Source: Mustelus asterias
Lineage: Eukaryota
NCBI RefSeq assembly: GCF_964213995.1
Contig: NC_135805.1
Coordinates: 140,616,001-140,680,000 of the forward strand
DNA length: 64,000 nt
Direction: 5' to 3'
The notes below the pieces were generated by a model that saw nothing but the letters and a program-made list of their open reading frames with translations, was not told the origin of the DNA and did no database searches. Position numbers and translations under genes: made by a program. Below are positions 49,514-61,264 of this stretch, piece by piece (within the stretch, counting starts at the first letter, position 1; each line of letters opens with the position of its first letter).

Positions 49514-52333
49514 CTAAACCAATTTCTTTTCGTCCATGAACCTATCTACGGATCTCTTAAACGCCCCCAAACTAGGCGCATTTACTACTGATGCTGGCAG
49601 GGCATTCCAATCCCTCACCACCCTCTGGGTAAAGAACCTACCCCTGACATCGGTTCTATAACTACCCCCCCTCAATTTAAAGCCATGCCCCCTCGTGCTG
49701 GATTTCTCCATCAGAGGAAAAAGGCTATCACTATCCACCCTATCTAAACCTCTAATCATCTTATATGTTTCAATAAGATCCCCTCTTAGCCGCCGCCTTT
49801 CCAGCGAAAACAATCCCAAATCCCTCAGCCTCTCCTCATAGGATCTCCCCTCCATACCAGGCAACATCCTGGTAAACCTCCTCTGCACCCTCTCCAAAGC
49901 CTCCACATCCTTCCTGTAATGTGGGGACCAGAACTGCACACAGTACTCCAAGTGCGGCCGCACCAGAGTTGTGTACAGTTGCAACATAACGCTACGACTC
50001 CTAAATTCAATCCCCCTACCAATAAACGCCAAGACACCATATGCCTTCTTAACAACCTTATCTACTTGATTCCCAACTTTCAGGGATCTATGCACACATA
50101 CACCTAGATCCCTCTGCTCCTCCACACTATTCAAAGTCCTCCCGTTAGCCCTATACTCAACACATCTGTTATTCCTACCAAAGTGAATTACCTCACACTT
50201 CTCCGCATTAAACTCCATCCGCCACCTCTCGGCCCAACTTTGCAACCTGTCTAAGTCTTCCTGCAAACTACGACACCCTTCCTCACTGTCTACCACACCA
50301 CCGACTTTGGTGTCATCAGCAAATTTGCTAATCCACCCAACTATACCCTCATCCAGATCATTAATAAATATTACAAACAGCAGTGGCCCCAAAACAGATC
50401 CCTGAGGTACACCACTTGTAACCGCACTCCATGATGAATATTTACTATCAACCACCACCCTCTGTTTCCTATCCGCTAGCCAATTCCTGATCCAATTTCC
50501 TAGATCACCCCCAATCCCATACATCTGCATTTTCTGCAGAAGCCTACCATGGTGAACCTTATCAAACGCCTTACTAAAATCCATATATACCACGTCCACT
50601 GCCTTGCCCCCATCCACCTCCTTGGTCACTTTCTCAAAAAACTCAATAAGGTTAGTAAGGCACGACCTACCTGCCACAAAACCATGCTGACTATCACCTA
50701 TCAATTCATTACTCTCCAAATAACTATAAATCCTATCCCTTATAATTTTTTCCAACATCTTGCCGACAACAGAAGTGAGACTCACCGGTCTATAATTCCC
50801 GGGGAAGTCTCTGTTCCCCTTCTTAAACAATGGGACAACATTCGCTAACCTCCAATCTTCTGGTACTATACCAGAGGCCAACGACGACCTGAAGATCAGA
50901 GCCAGAGGCTCTGCAATCACTTCTCTTGCCTCCCAGAGAATCCTTGGATAAATCCCATCCGGAGCAGGGGATTTATCTATTTTCAGACCCTCCAGAATAT
51001 CCTGCACATCCTCCTTATCAACTGTAATACTGTCTATTCTACTCCCTTGCAACCCAGTGTCCTCCTCAGCTATATTCATGTCCCCTTGCGTGAACACCGA
51101 AGAGAAATATTGGTTCAATGCTTCACCAATCTCCTCCGGTTCCACACATAACTTCCCTCTGCCATCTATAACTGGCCCTAAACTTGCCCTAACCAACCTT
51201 CTGTTCTTGACATACCTATAGAACGCCTTAGGATTCTCTTTAACCCTATCCGCCAAAGTCTTCTCATGTCCCCTTTTAGCCCTTCTAAGCTCGCTCTTCA
51301 ACTCCCTCTTAGCCAATCTAAAGCTTTCTAGTGCACTACCCGAGTGCTCACGTCTCATCCGAACATAAGCCTCCTTTTTCTTTTTAACCAACAAAGAAAT
51401 TTTTTTGGTGCACCACGGTTCCCTAGCCCTACCAATTCCTCCTTGCCTGACAGGGACATACCTATCACAGACTCGCAGTAGCTGCTCCTTGAAAAAACTC
51501 CACATGTCGGACGTTCCCAGTCCCTGTAATCTCCTAGTCCAACCTATGTTTCCTAATTCTCTCCTAATAGCCTCATAATTACCCTTCCCCCAGCTAAAAC
51601 CATTGGCCCGAGGTTCATGCCTATCCCTTTCCATCACTAAGGTGAACGTAACCGAATTGTGGTCACTATCACCAAAATGCACACCAACTTCCAAGTCTAG
51701 CACCTGGTCTGGCTCATTTCCCAGCACCAGATCCAATATAGCCTCACCTCTAGTTGGCCTGTCTACATACTGAGTCAAAAAACCTTCCTGCACGCTTTGA
51801 ACAAAAACTGACCCCTCTAACGAGCTAGAGCTATAACAATTCCAGTCAATATTAGTCAAGTTAAAATCCCCCATAACAATTGCCCTATTACTTTCACTCC
51901 TAAGCAGGATTGACTCCGCAATCCTTTCCTCAACCTCTCTAGAACTTTTAGGAGGTCTATAAAAGACTCCCAACAGGGTGACCTCTCCTCTCCTATTTCT
52001 AATCTCCGCCCATACTACCTCAACAGATAAGTCCTCATCAAACCTCCTCTCTGACACTGTGATACAATCTCTGACCAATAATGCTACCCCTCCCCCTCTT
52101 CTACCTCCTTCCCTACTTCGACTAAAACATTTGAACCCCGGGACCTGCAGCATCCATTCCTGCCCCTGCTCTATCCATGTCTCTGAAATAGCCACAACAT
52201 CGAAGTCCCAGGTACTGATCCACGCTGCAAGTTCACCCACTTTATTGCGAATACTCCTGGCATTGAAGTATACACATTTCAAACCCTGCTCCACCCCACC
52301 TCTGCAATGCCGTGCATTGCAGTCCCCATCCAT
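49514..52333 (-). CDS. CR1 ORF2: APE endonuclease plus reverse transcriptase (939 aa from first ATG)
   Basis: APE motifs YFNARS, ISETW, GDFN, DLVL, SDH. RT motifs YRPVSLTS, DFSKAFD, QGSVLGP, FADD. No internal stops. Confidence 0.97.
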   Translation of the reverse strand: MDGDCNARHCRGGVEQGLKCVYFNARSIRNKVGELAAWISTWDFDVVAISETWIEQGQEWMLQVPGFKCFSRSREGGRRGGGVALLVRDCITVSERRFDEDLSVEVVWAEIRNRRGEVTLLGVFYRPPKSSREVEERIAESILLRSESNRAIVMGDFNLTNIDWNCYSSSSLEGSVFVQSVQEGFLTQYVDRPTRGEAILDLVLGNEPDQVLDLEVGVHFGDSDHNSVTFTLVMERDRHEPRANGFSWGKGNYEAIRRELGNIGWTRRLQGLGTSDMWSFFKEQLLRVCDRYVPVRQGGIGRAREPWCTKKISLLVKKKKEAYVRMRREHSGSALESFRLAKRELKSELRRAKRGHEKTLADRVKENPKAFYRYVKNRRLVRASLGPVIDGRGKLCVEPEEIGEALNQYFSSVFTQGDMNIAEEDTGLQGSRIDSITVDKEDVQDILEGLKIDKSPAPDGIYPRILWEAREVIAEPLALIFRSSLASGIVPEDWRLANVVPLFKKGNRDFPGNYRPVSLTSVVGKMLEKIIRDRIYSYLESNELIGDSQHGFVAGRSCLTNLIEFFEKVTKEVDGGKAVDVVYMDFSKAFDKVHHGRLLQKMQMYGIGGDLGNWIRNWLADRKQRVVVDSKYSSWSAVTSGVPQGSVLGPLLFVIFINDLDEGIVGWISKFADDTKVGGVVDSEEGCRSLQEDLDRLQSWAERWRMEFNAEKCEVIHFGRNNRCVEYRANGRTLNSVEEQRDLGVCVHRSLKVGNQVDKVVKKAYGVLAFIGRGIEFRSRSVMLQLYTTLVRPHLEYCVQFWSPHYRKDVEALERVQRRFTRMLPGMEGRSYEERLRDLGLFSLERRRLRGDLIETYKMIRGLDRVDSDSLFPLMEKSSTRGHGFKLRGGSYRTDVRGRFFTQRVVRDWNALPASVVNAPSLGAFKRSVDRFMDEKKLV

Positions 52334-52383
52334 GCATCCCTCACTTTCAGCCCCACTACTCAGGATCCCTCCCCCCCCCCGAA

Positions 52384-53313
52384 TCAGTTTAAACCTCCCT
52401 GCATGGCCTTAGCAAATTTACCCCCCAGGATATTGGTCCCCTTCTGATTAAGGTGTAGACCATCCTTCTCATAGAGGTCACACCTTCCCCAGTACGAGCC
52501 CCAATTGCTTAAGTACCTGAACCCCTCCCTCCTGCACCATCCCCTCAGCCATGAATTCAAACCTTCCCTCTCCCTATTCCTCTCTAAACTATCCCGTGGT
52601 ACAGGCAAGAGTCCAGAGATAACCACTCTGTCAGTCTTGGCCTTTAGTTTCCACCCCAACTCCATAAATCCCTGCCTAATATCCCCTTCCCCTATCCTCC
52701 CTATGTCGTGTGTCCCCACATGTACAATAACTTGTGGTTTATCTCCCTCCCCCCTAAGAGTCCTGAATACCCTGTCAGACACATCCCGGACCCCAGCCCC
52801 TGGTAGGCAACACACCAACCCTGAGTCCCTACCTTTAGTTCCGACCCTCCTATCTGTCTCCTTAATTGTGGAGTCCCCAATCACAAGGCCCAGTCTTTTA
52901 CAGCCCCTAACCACCTGAGCTTTCTCACTCGGCTCACCCCCAGAGATCTGCTCTCTATGCTCAGTTGATTCCTCCTCAACTGTAGCCTCCAGCACCGAAA
53001 ACCTATTATGGAGGGGAACCGCCCCAGGGGATTGTCTTCCCGATTGCTTCTTACCCCTCCTCCTGGCATTGACCCAAGCCTCATTTCTAGGAGTTACTAT
53101 TTCTCTATAACTCCTATCAACTTCCACCTCCGCCTCCCGAATTATGCGGAGTTCCTCTACCTCCCCCTCCAGCTCCTTTACACGCTCCTCCAGAAGCTGC
53201 AATCTAATGCACTTCTTACAACTAAAATCTCCTGAAACACTACTGGATTTCCTCACCACATACATCCCACAGGAGATGCAGCATACTGCCTGAACTGCCA
53301 TCCCTGAAGCCAT
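52384..53313 (-). CDS. CR1 ORF1: Cys-pair zinc finger, coiled coil and SGNH esterase-like domain (309 aa from ATG at 53313)
   Basis: CISC..CKKC, coiled coil LQLLEERVKELEGEVEELR, SGNH blocks GDS / GAG / GTHD / DGLH. First ATG is MASGMAV. Confidence 0.93.
   Translation of the reverse strand: MASGMAVQAVCCISCGMYVVRKSSSVSGDFSCKKCIRLQLLEERVKELEGEVEELRIIREAEVEVDRSYREIVTPRNEAWVNARRRGKKQSGRQSPGAVPLHNRFSVLEATVEEESTEHREQISGGEPSEKAQVVRGCKRLGLVIGDSTIKETDRRVGTKGRDSGLVCCLPGAGVRDVSDRVFRTLRGEGDKPQVIVHVGTHDIGRIGEGDIRQGFMELGWKLKAKTDRVVISGLLPVPRDSLERNREREGLNSWLRGWCRREGFRYLSNWGSYWGRCDLYEKDGLHLNQKGTNILGGKFAKAMQGGLN
52387..52393 (-). promoter_or_regulatory. Candidate -1 ribosomal frameshift slippery heptamer U_UUA_AAC
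   Basis: ORF1 ends GGT TTA AAC TGA; the -1 frame is open into ORF2. Confidence 0.65.
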
Positions 53314-53360
53314 TACCAGCAAGAAAAAAAGAAAACAAAAAAACTTCCCCACACTTCCCC

Positions 53361-53469
53361 AACTGTCACTCTCTACTGCAGCCCGAGCAACACTCCCACA
53401 CTGAGACACCAACTGTCACTCTCCACTGCAGCCCGAGCAACACTCCCTCACTGAGACACCAACTGTCAC
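53361..53469 (-). repeat. 50-bp tandem monomers (about 2.2 copies) in the CR1 5'UTR
   Basis: 53361-53410 and 53411-53460 differ at 2 positions; a partial third copy spans 53461-53469. Confidence 0.9.
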
Positions 53470-56400
53470 ACTTCATATATATGAAGCAGAAGTACACATT
53501 TCAATAATAACCTCAATGTGACACAAGATATTTTGACATTATGTGTAACTCCATGTGGTTGTGAATGGTCATAGCTCCAGTTACATGCAATGATATCAGA
53601 GAGCAGATCAACCATTGCTTCTGCTCCTTTCGTTCATCAAACTGATTGAATCAAACGCCTCCAAAATGTCTTCTATACGAAGTAGCTGCCAATTGTTGCC
53701 TCAGGAAGGGTCAGAAATGATGCTGAAGGCATGAAGGAATTTTGCACAATAAATCTTTCTCATAGCCCCCAGCTGTAAGCTGCTAAGTTCGTCAAGTGAC
53801 AGTATGGGTTGCAGCAGTGTTCTCATCTGATGTGATACTTCAACTTGTAACATCACAGGACAGGATGTTGCATAACAGAAGGGGGCAGACAAGAATCAGA
53901 CTTGTCATACCCTTAAATGTGTTTGTAAAGGTCTCACAGGAACTAGTCAGCTATAAGACCAACATGGAATGAGAAAGCTCAGGGATATTTCCATGAAGTC
54001 CTTGTTGTGTTTTGGATCTTATTTAATGGCTTACCTATTAATTTACTTGTCACTGAAGCATTCACTCAATTGTGAACTCCATCACTAAAAGCTAATTCAC
54101 CAATTCATTTACACACTCCATCTCTCTCGCTCATTCCCTCTTAGTCATAGAGGTTTACAGCATGGAAACGGGCCCTTTGGTCCAACTGGTCCATGCCACC
54201 CTTTTTTTTTAAACCCCTAAGCTAATCCCAATTGCCCGCATTTGGCCCATGCAGGGTTGCGTTTCAGCCGCGAGCCCACAGTAGTACTGGATGGGAGGTG
54301 GGGGGAGCTGGTGCCAGGTTTAGGCCATGGAGGCCAGCTGAAAGCAGCAGAGGCTGTGGTCTCTCTGTTGCTCAGAGCAGAGAGACTTGCACATGCACAA
54401 TTGTGCCCTCTGCTGCTAGCAGTTGGCCTTCTGGTGATTTAAGCCCTGCCCTACAGGCAGAAATCAGATTTCAGGATTTTTTTTAATGCACTAAGAGCAT
54501 AAGATTTGGACTCACCAATAAAACAGATCTGAAACCCCCATTTTCATGCTCGTTCTATGGTTAGAAATGTTTTCATTAGATTGCCCCCTTAGTTTTAATA
54601 GAAAATTGCATAAGGCTTTCCTCATTGTTCATCTGCGCATGTGGCCTCAAATAGCTTTAACACCTAGTTACCTTTGCTGAATTAGCTATTCTCAGTGACA
54701 GAGCATTTCTGTTATTCTCAAGGACCCTGGGTTAGGAGCAGTGGAATCACTCTTTGAGATCCTGTTCTTCACTGTAAAGTTATTAGTACTAGCAAGTGCA
54801 TTCATGGTATGATGGGGGTCAGGATTAGGCTTCGCTGTAATGCTTCCACAGACAGCCTACCAATGAATGAATGACCGCCCAAATAGAGATTTTGAAAAAC
54901 TATTCACCTGGAGACAATGCAATGGAACAGTCTTGAGGGCCTGAATAGCCTACCTTTGTTGCTATGTTACTAAGATTAATCTCCTGGGCACTTCTGTAAG
55001 CAATTGAACAATAACTTATATTTATATAGCTTAATTAATGAAGCATCCCAGGGCACTTCACAAGGACATTATAAAACAAAGTATAACATTGGGCCACAGC
55101 AGATACTACGTCAGATGACCAAAGGCATGGTCAAAGAGTTAGGTTTAAGGACTATATGAAAGGAAGAATGCGAGTTAGAGAGGCAGGGAAATGTAGAATG
55201 GAAATGGAAGAGCCTGGCAACTGAAGGCACGGCTGCCAACAGGGGAGCAATTATGAATTAAAAATTCGCAAAAAGTCAGAATTAGAATGTAGATATCTCA
55301 GAGGGTTGTGGAGCTGGAGGAAATTAAAGGTATGGAAGGTTAAGGCCGTGATGGATTTGAAAACAAGGATCAGAATTTTAATGTCAAGATGTTGCTGAAC
55401 TGGAAGCCAATGCAGGTCAACAATCACAGGGAAGAAAAGGGAGCAGAATTTGTTTCAAATCAAGACATGATCATTAGAGCTTTGGATGACCTTAAGTTTA
55501 TGGTGAATAGAATTTAGTAGACCAGTCAGGAATGCATCGGTATATTTGAGTGAATAGGAAACAAGGACATGAATGAGCTGAGACAGGCAAAGTAATGCCA
55601 TACGGAGGTGGAAATAGATAGCCTTGTGATGCATGAATATGAGGTCAGAGGCCCATTTTGGGATTAATTGTGACATCAAACTGAAGGAACAAAATCATAG
55701 GGGAATTTTCTTCTCCATGTTGAATGCTGACACAGGATGCAATGCCACACCAAGACTACATGTTGTAAACACTATAAATACTATGGCTACAAAAGCAAGT
55801 CAGAGAATCCTGTGGTGGTTAACTTGCCTCGTGGTTCCCCAAAACCTGTCTATCACCTACAAGGCTCAAATCAGGAGTGTGATGGAATATACTCCATTTG
55901 GTTGGATGCGTGCAGTTCCAACAACATTCAAGAAACTTGACAGCATCCAAGACATAGCAACCCACTTGATTGTCCCAACCTCATTCACTCCTTCCACCAA
56001 AGCGACAGCAGTGTGTACAATTTACCTGGAAGAACTCAAGCCTCCTTGGACAGACCTTCCAAATCTATGACCATCTAGAACAGTGCTGGGCAATCTGTGG
56101 CTGTTGCCCACGAGCAGGGATTTGTTGACTGTTGCCTCTGAGCAGTGTTGCCACATTCCACTGATTTCCATCCGCCTAATTTTTGTCCTACGGGTGTGAT
56201 TGATATGATATACACGTGAAGTAAAGTGCATGTTGATTGCACACATCATTTTATTTATACTCCAGTTTTTTACTTACAGTATATACATGTATAGTATATA
56301 CTGTATATACATCAGTATAAACATGATGGCGCCCTGAGCTGCCGTCCTCTCTGGAAGGCTTATGCTCCGCCCTCCCCCACTAGCATGAATCTCCTGACGG

Positions 56401-59400
56401 CCTCTGCATTGCACAGAGTATTGTAAATAACTGAGAATCAGCTCACCAAAAAAGCGGCTTAGAATTATTTTGGGAAAATCCCCCCCCCCCATATCTTCTT
56501 GTTCCCACAAGAGGAAATGGCTTGCAAGTATTATCAGATTTTAAAATGAGCCAAGGAATGAAATGCAGTCGACTGGTCACTGTTATTCAATGTTCTGAAC
56601 AATTTGCCATAGGGCACTAGGATATAGATTTGGCTCTGTCACAGCTCCTATGGTCATTTCTTTTGTTTCAAAGAATTATGATGTTCTATTCTGATCCTCT
56701 AGTTCTCACCCCACATGCTATTGATCACACTGCTGTACCAACAGCAACAATGCCACACAGTGGCTGCATGCACAGACATCTATCATGTGGAATAAAAACA
56801 GAAAATGCTGGAAAAAGCAGGAAATTTGGCAGCATCTGTGGAGAGAGAAACAGGGTTAACATTTTCAGACTGTATGACTCTCCTTCAGGTCGGAAGCAGG
56901 TCCACAGATGATGCCAGACCTGCTGAGTTTTTTCAGCATTTTGTTTTTATTTCAGATTTTCAGCATCATTTTGCTTTGATCTATCACATTTGGTATCAAT
57001 GCCCCTTCCAGCTTTCTCACATCCCACTCCTTATTTCTACCCAGATTAATCCAAGGATCCAGCTGGAACTCAAGTCTTAAGCAAATGTTACTCCAGTAGT
57101 ATTTAATTTCACCCTGTCCTTTTAAAGAACTTAAAGTTTGAAGTTCTGTGTTATGGGCTGAGAATGGTTGGTGCAGTCAAAATAGATACTGATCTCATCT
57201 AGAAACAGCCAATCTGTGTCAGATTACTGGGTGACTCTGGACAGAAGTATTGACTCTGAATTGTATCAGTGCAGCTATTTGGCCCAAAGTATCACAGCAT
57301 AAATATTCATTATAGGAAAGTTGTGCAGAAATAAGGGGTTTGCTGTTCTCAAGATCATTGTTGTAACCCCAGTTGGAGCTTTGACAAGTGAAGGAGAAAG
57401 AAAGGAATGTATTCATGCTTAGCAAAGTAAAAGAATCATAGCCAGGCCCTAATTATGCTGTTTATCAAATCCATTTTGTATTACAACTTGCAGTTAGAGA
57501 GATATTTATTCCTACAATCTGCTCCCCATCCTAACCTCCCATTTCCCGTTTCAAATTCTTAACTTTATTTTCAATTTCCTCAATGGCCTTGTCCCTCCCT
57601 TTCTCAAAGGGTCATCAACCTGAAACATTACCTCTGTTTCTCACTGCTGATGCTGCTTGACCTACTTTTCTGGTTTTATTTTAAATATCTCCTCCTTTGG
57701 CTCAGTGTTTGTTTGTTTTTTGTTAGCATCTCTGTGAAGCCCTTGGGTTTTTCCAACGTTGAAAGTGCTATATAATTTGAGGTTTCTTTTAAGTACTCGG
57801 ACTGATATGGATGATTGAGAAATTTCCACCTTTTGGTGGAATTCTGATTATTTAATTCTGGAACTCCACTTTTTAAATATTTTTCCTATATGTACCTCTG
57901 TAATTACAGCAGAGTTTTATTTGAAATGTATTATGAAACATTTTTAAAAGTATGCACTATGACTATGAACTTCTGAACCCAGCAACAGAAAGGAAATAAA
58001 CAGATGTGCGACTGAACTGTGTATGGTGTCTGCTACTGGCTGCCTGTGCAAGACAATTAATCATTCTGAAACTACGGGGGCAACTCCCTGACCTCGCTAT
58101 GCCTGGCCCAGATCACGCTGATCCCGGAGTATAGCGTGTGGGCCTAAAAATCGGTTTTGCGCCTAGTGTCAAACAGTTTGCAATTCTCCTGGCCCCCTTC
58201 CTATTGATGCAAACCAGATTGGGCACGATGCTGATTAGCATGAGATTAACTGGATTTCAATCCCATTAATGAGTTTGGCGTGCGATCCTTCCTCCTCCCG
58301 GAATGCACCCACCTCTCCGGCATCATGTTACACAGGCATGAATCACTACAGTTGCGAGGGTGAGCAAGGAGGTAAGTACCGCTTACCTCCAGGCTGCAAG
58401 AGGGCAGGTCAGCCACTGCCATGCTGAGGAGTGGGGTGGGGGGCCCTATGGGTGCCTGGGCTTGGCCAGGAGTCCTCGGGTTGGGGTTGCTGCTGGGTTG
58501 GGACTCCCTGCCTGCTGAAAGATTTCGAGAGGTTCCATATGATGTTGAGTTCAACTGCCTTTAATGTTGCACTCTCAACCTGATCTCCCAGTATATGCGC
58601 GATGGCACCCTGAACACTCTGCTGCCAGTCTCTTTGGCAGGTTTAGGCTCCATCCCCCCACTACTGGTGTGAATCTCCTGACAGTCTATGCATTGCATAG
58701 CGTATGCTGTAAATAACACTCCTGATTGCTTGCCATTTTAATTCTGTTCTACTTCCATTATGACCTCTTTGTTCAGCTACCTCCACTTCTGACACTTGTC
58801 AAGAACAGCATCTCATCTTTCACTTAAGCACTTTAAAATCTTGCAGCCTCAATGAAAGGGTTAAAAATCACAAGCTGCAAGCTGAACCTCAGTCACACAG
58901 GGAAAGCAATGTGCAAATGACAGGTTTTGATTAAAGTAAGCCCAGATAAAGCTCAAGGACTATCTAATCGAATGATGTGCAACTGCAGTTCATGTCTGCC
59001 CATTACAACGAGGAACAATGGAAAGGGAGGTTGAGATACCATTGGTCAGAGATATAGCTATCATTGATATAACATGCACACGTTTTAATTGGATATTATA
59101 CCCTTATGCATGCATGATGTAACCATAATGATGATTGAACAGAGATAACTCCTATTCTGTTATTGGTGTATGCTAATTACTTGTAATTGATGCTGAGTCT
59201 TTAATTGCCTACGTATTTCTGAATTTTTCACTCTGAATGCCCTGAATGGACATTGTGTCCAATGGCTAGCTATAGTAAAGCTCATCTTGGAACCACTCTG
59301 TTACTTTGTTTGGCTACTTAAGGGGAATGATAGTTTTAAAATACAACAAGAAAATCATTGTGACAGCCCCTAAACACTCAAAATTGAGTTCAATAATTCC

Positions 59401-60364
59401 AGATCATAACTGCTGCTTCCATTTTTTTCAGACAGCAGGTTCTGATGATCTGCTATTACCATTTACAGAAACTCTAGACCCATTTTCTGTTTCTTCATTA
59501 CCATACTTTTTGCCTTGTACCATCATCCTTGGTTATTTAATCACTCCTTTTTCCATCCTATCATAATGTGGAGATGCCAGCATTGGACTGGGTTGAGCAC
59601 ACTAAGACTCACAACATCAGTTTGAAGTCCAACAGATTTATTTGGAATCTGCTCCTTCATCAGATGAGTGATGAATATTGCATGTGCAATAGCACCTTCT
59701 AGCAATCAGCAGCCGGCTTCCTGGCTTGAATAGACTCTGTCCACTCCCTCTATCAGCGAGAATCACACTTTGGCTCTTTTTTTCCCTAGTGTCATGAGGT
59801 TTGATGTTTTCTCTTGTAAAAAGAAATGGGTCTGAAACTCTCCCATTTTCATGCTCATTGGACACTTCAAATGTTTTTGGTAATATCACGCCCCAGGAGT
59901 TTACTCTGCATACTCTAACCACAAGGTTTCAGCCAATCCTCACAGATGTGGCTACAAAGGCCCCTGTACTGCTTCCCTTTATGTTACTCACCTTGATTAA
60001 CAGTGGGGATTAAAATTGAATCCTTTAATGTTGTTCACGCTCTCAGTTTGTGCTCTGGGAAAACGGTAAGTTTAGCTGGATCCATTGTCAACAGTATTCT
60101 TGAACCATCTGAGAGTAATGGCTGTTGTTTGTTTTCCCGGCATCTTTTCAAATTATGTGGCTTGAAAAAAAAACAGCTTTCTCTCGCTAACTTATTTAAT
60201 AAGTCATTGTTTGTGCTGTTTGGAAGATCAAGCATGAACCTATTGATGTATTATTACATATTAATAAAGTGATTATATAACCCAGGACAAAGAGACAGAA
60301 GCTGCTCCTTTTAGGTCATGACCTCTGACTGAAAATATAAAAATAGCGGAACAAAAGATTCAGC

Positions 60365-61264
60365 AAATAACTTTATGTTCTACATTTATTAAAAAAGCAA
60401 CTTTATGTCACATTTTAAATGAAGTAGTTTAAAAAGAACACATTTCTCAAAGCATACAAACCATGAAATATTATATACTAGCAGCATCCAAATGTTAGAT
60501 TTACTACAAACCATGACAGTCTTTGTACTGACAAACTACAGACAACACAATTTACAGCAAACTGTTTTTCATAGTGCAGATAAACAAATCTTAATAAATT
60601 TAACAATTTAAGGTTAAATAATTTTAAATAACTGTTAAATACAAGACACTTTTCATTTAGAGCTTCTGTACAAAGATAAACAAATTTGGCATTGTACAAA
60701 TGGCTTGCTGGCTCACTGTGCACACACTATTGAGAAAGGTGCACCATTGATCCTATAGCCTTAAATGAACTATACAAAAATCAGTGAAATTGTTGATTAA
60801 GTAGTGAGCCATTCAAAAGGCAAGTGTAGCATTAAACATTAGACACTGCTTGTTTCAGGCACCAATGTTTATTCCTGCAAATGAACATTCCCCTAAAGTA
60901 ATTGTATCTAAACCTGCTCCATCATACTAGTGCTAAATTTCAAATGAAGCCCTGCGAGTATTACTAAAGTCTTATTGCTATGACACTGCAACAATGAAAA
61001 GAAACTAATTACAAAAAATAGAGCACCTTTTACATTGAAGTTACTGTCTCAGGATTCTATCTTACAATACAAAGGGCTGCAAGGCAAGTTCAGCCGCTGG
61101 GTTTAACTGTATTCTTGTCATTGGTGTATTTGAGTGAACAGAATCAGACACACAAATATAGCTACAACACCTATACCTATTTCTGAACAGATTAGTATAA
61201 CATTCTAGGAATTAATGTTTTTTTCATCTAGTGCTTTTTAATCACGGTCCTCAGTGTCTGTATA
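60365..61264 (-). other. SIPA1L2: SIPA1L2 3'UTR with poly(A) signal
   Basis: Repeat-free, AU-rich sequence after the stop codon. AATAAA on the minus strand at 60390-60385. Confidence 0.7.

Larger units (their letters stand above)
49408..53469 (-). mobile_element. Near full-length CR1 LINE with intact ORF1 and ORF2
   Basis: Order on the minus strand: 5' tandem monomers, ORF1, ORF2, 3' stem-loop GGCC-GAAG-GGCC, and (TTCTATG)n tail at about 49408-49436. Confidence 0.97.

Noticed and set aside
49825-53235. Antisense and alternate-frame ORFs over the intact CR1 (for example 51978..52412, 52505..52918)
   Set aside because: Shadow ORFs of the real ORFs, with no independent motifs.
53314-53412. 33-aa N-terminal extension of ORF1 in the ORF track
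   Set aside because: Starts at a non-ATG codon within the tandem monomers; the ATG at 53313 is the more plausible start.
59567-59670. Additional PLE terminus with CUGAUGA on the minus strand
   Set aside because: The GAAA half of the hammerhead is deleted, so it was not counted.
1-60000. Exons of a neighbouring host gene (DISC1 flanks SIPA1L2 in mammals)
   Set aside because: No recognisable exon found; short or divergent exons cannot be excluded without alignment.
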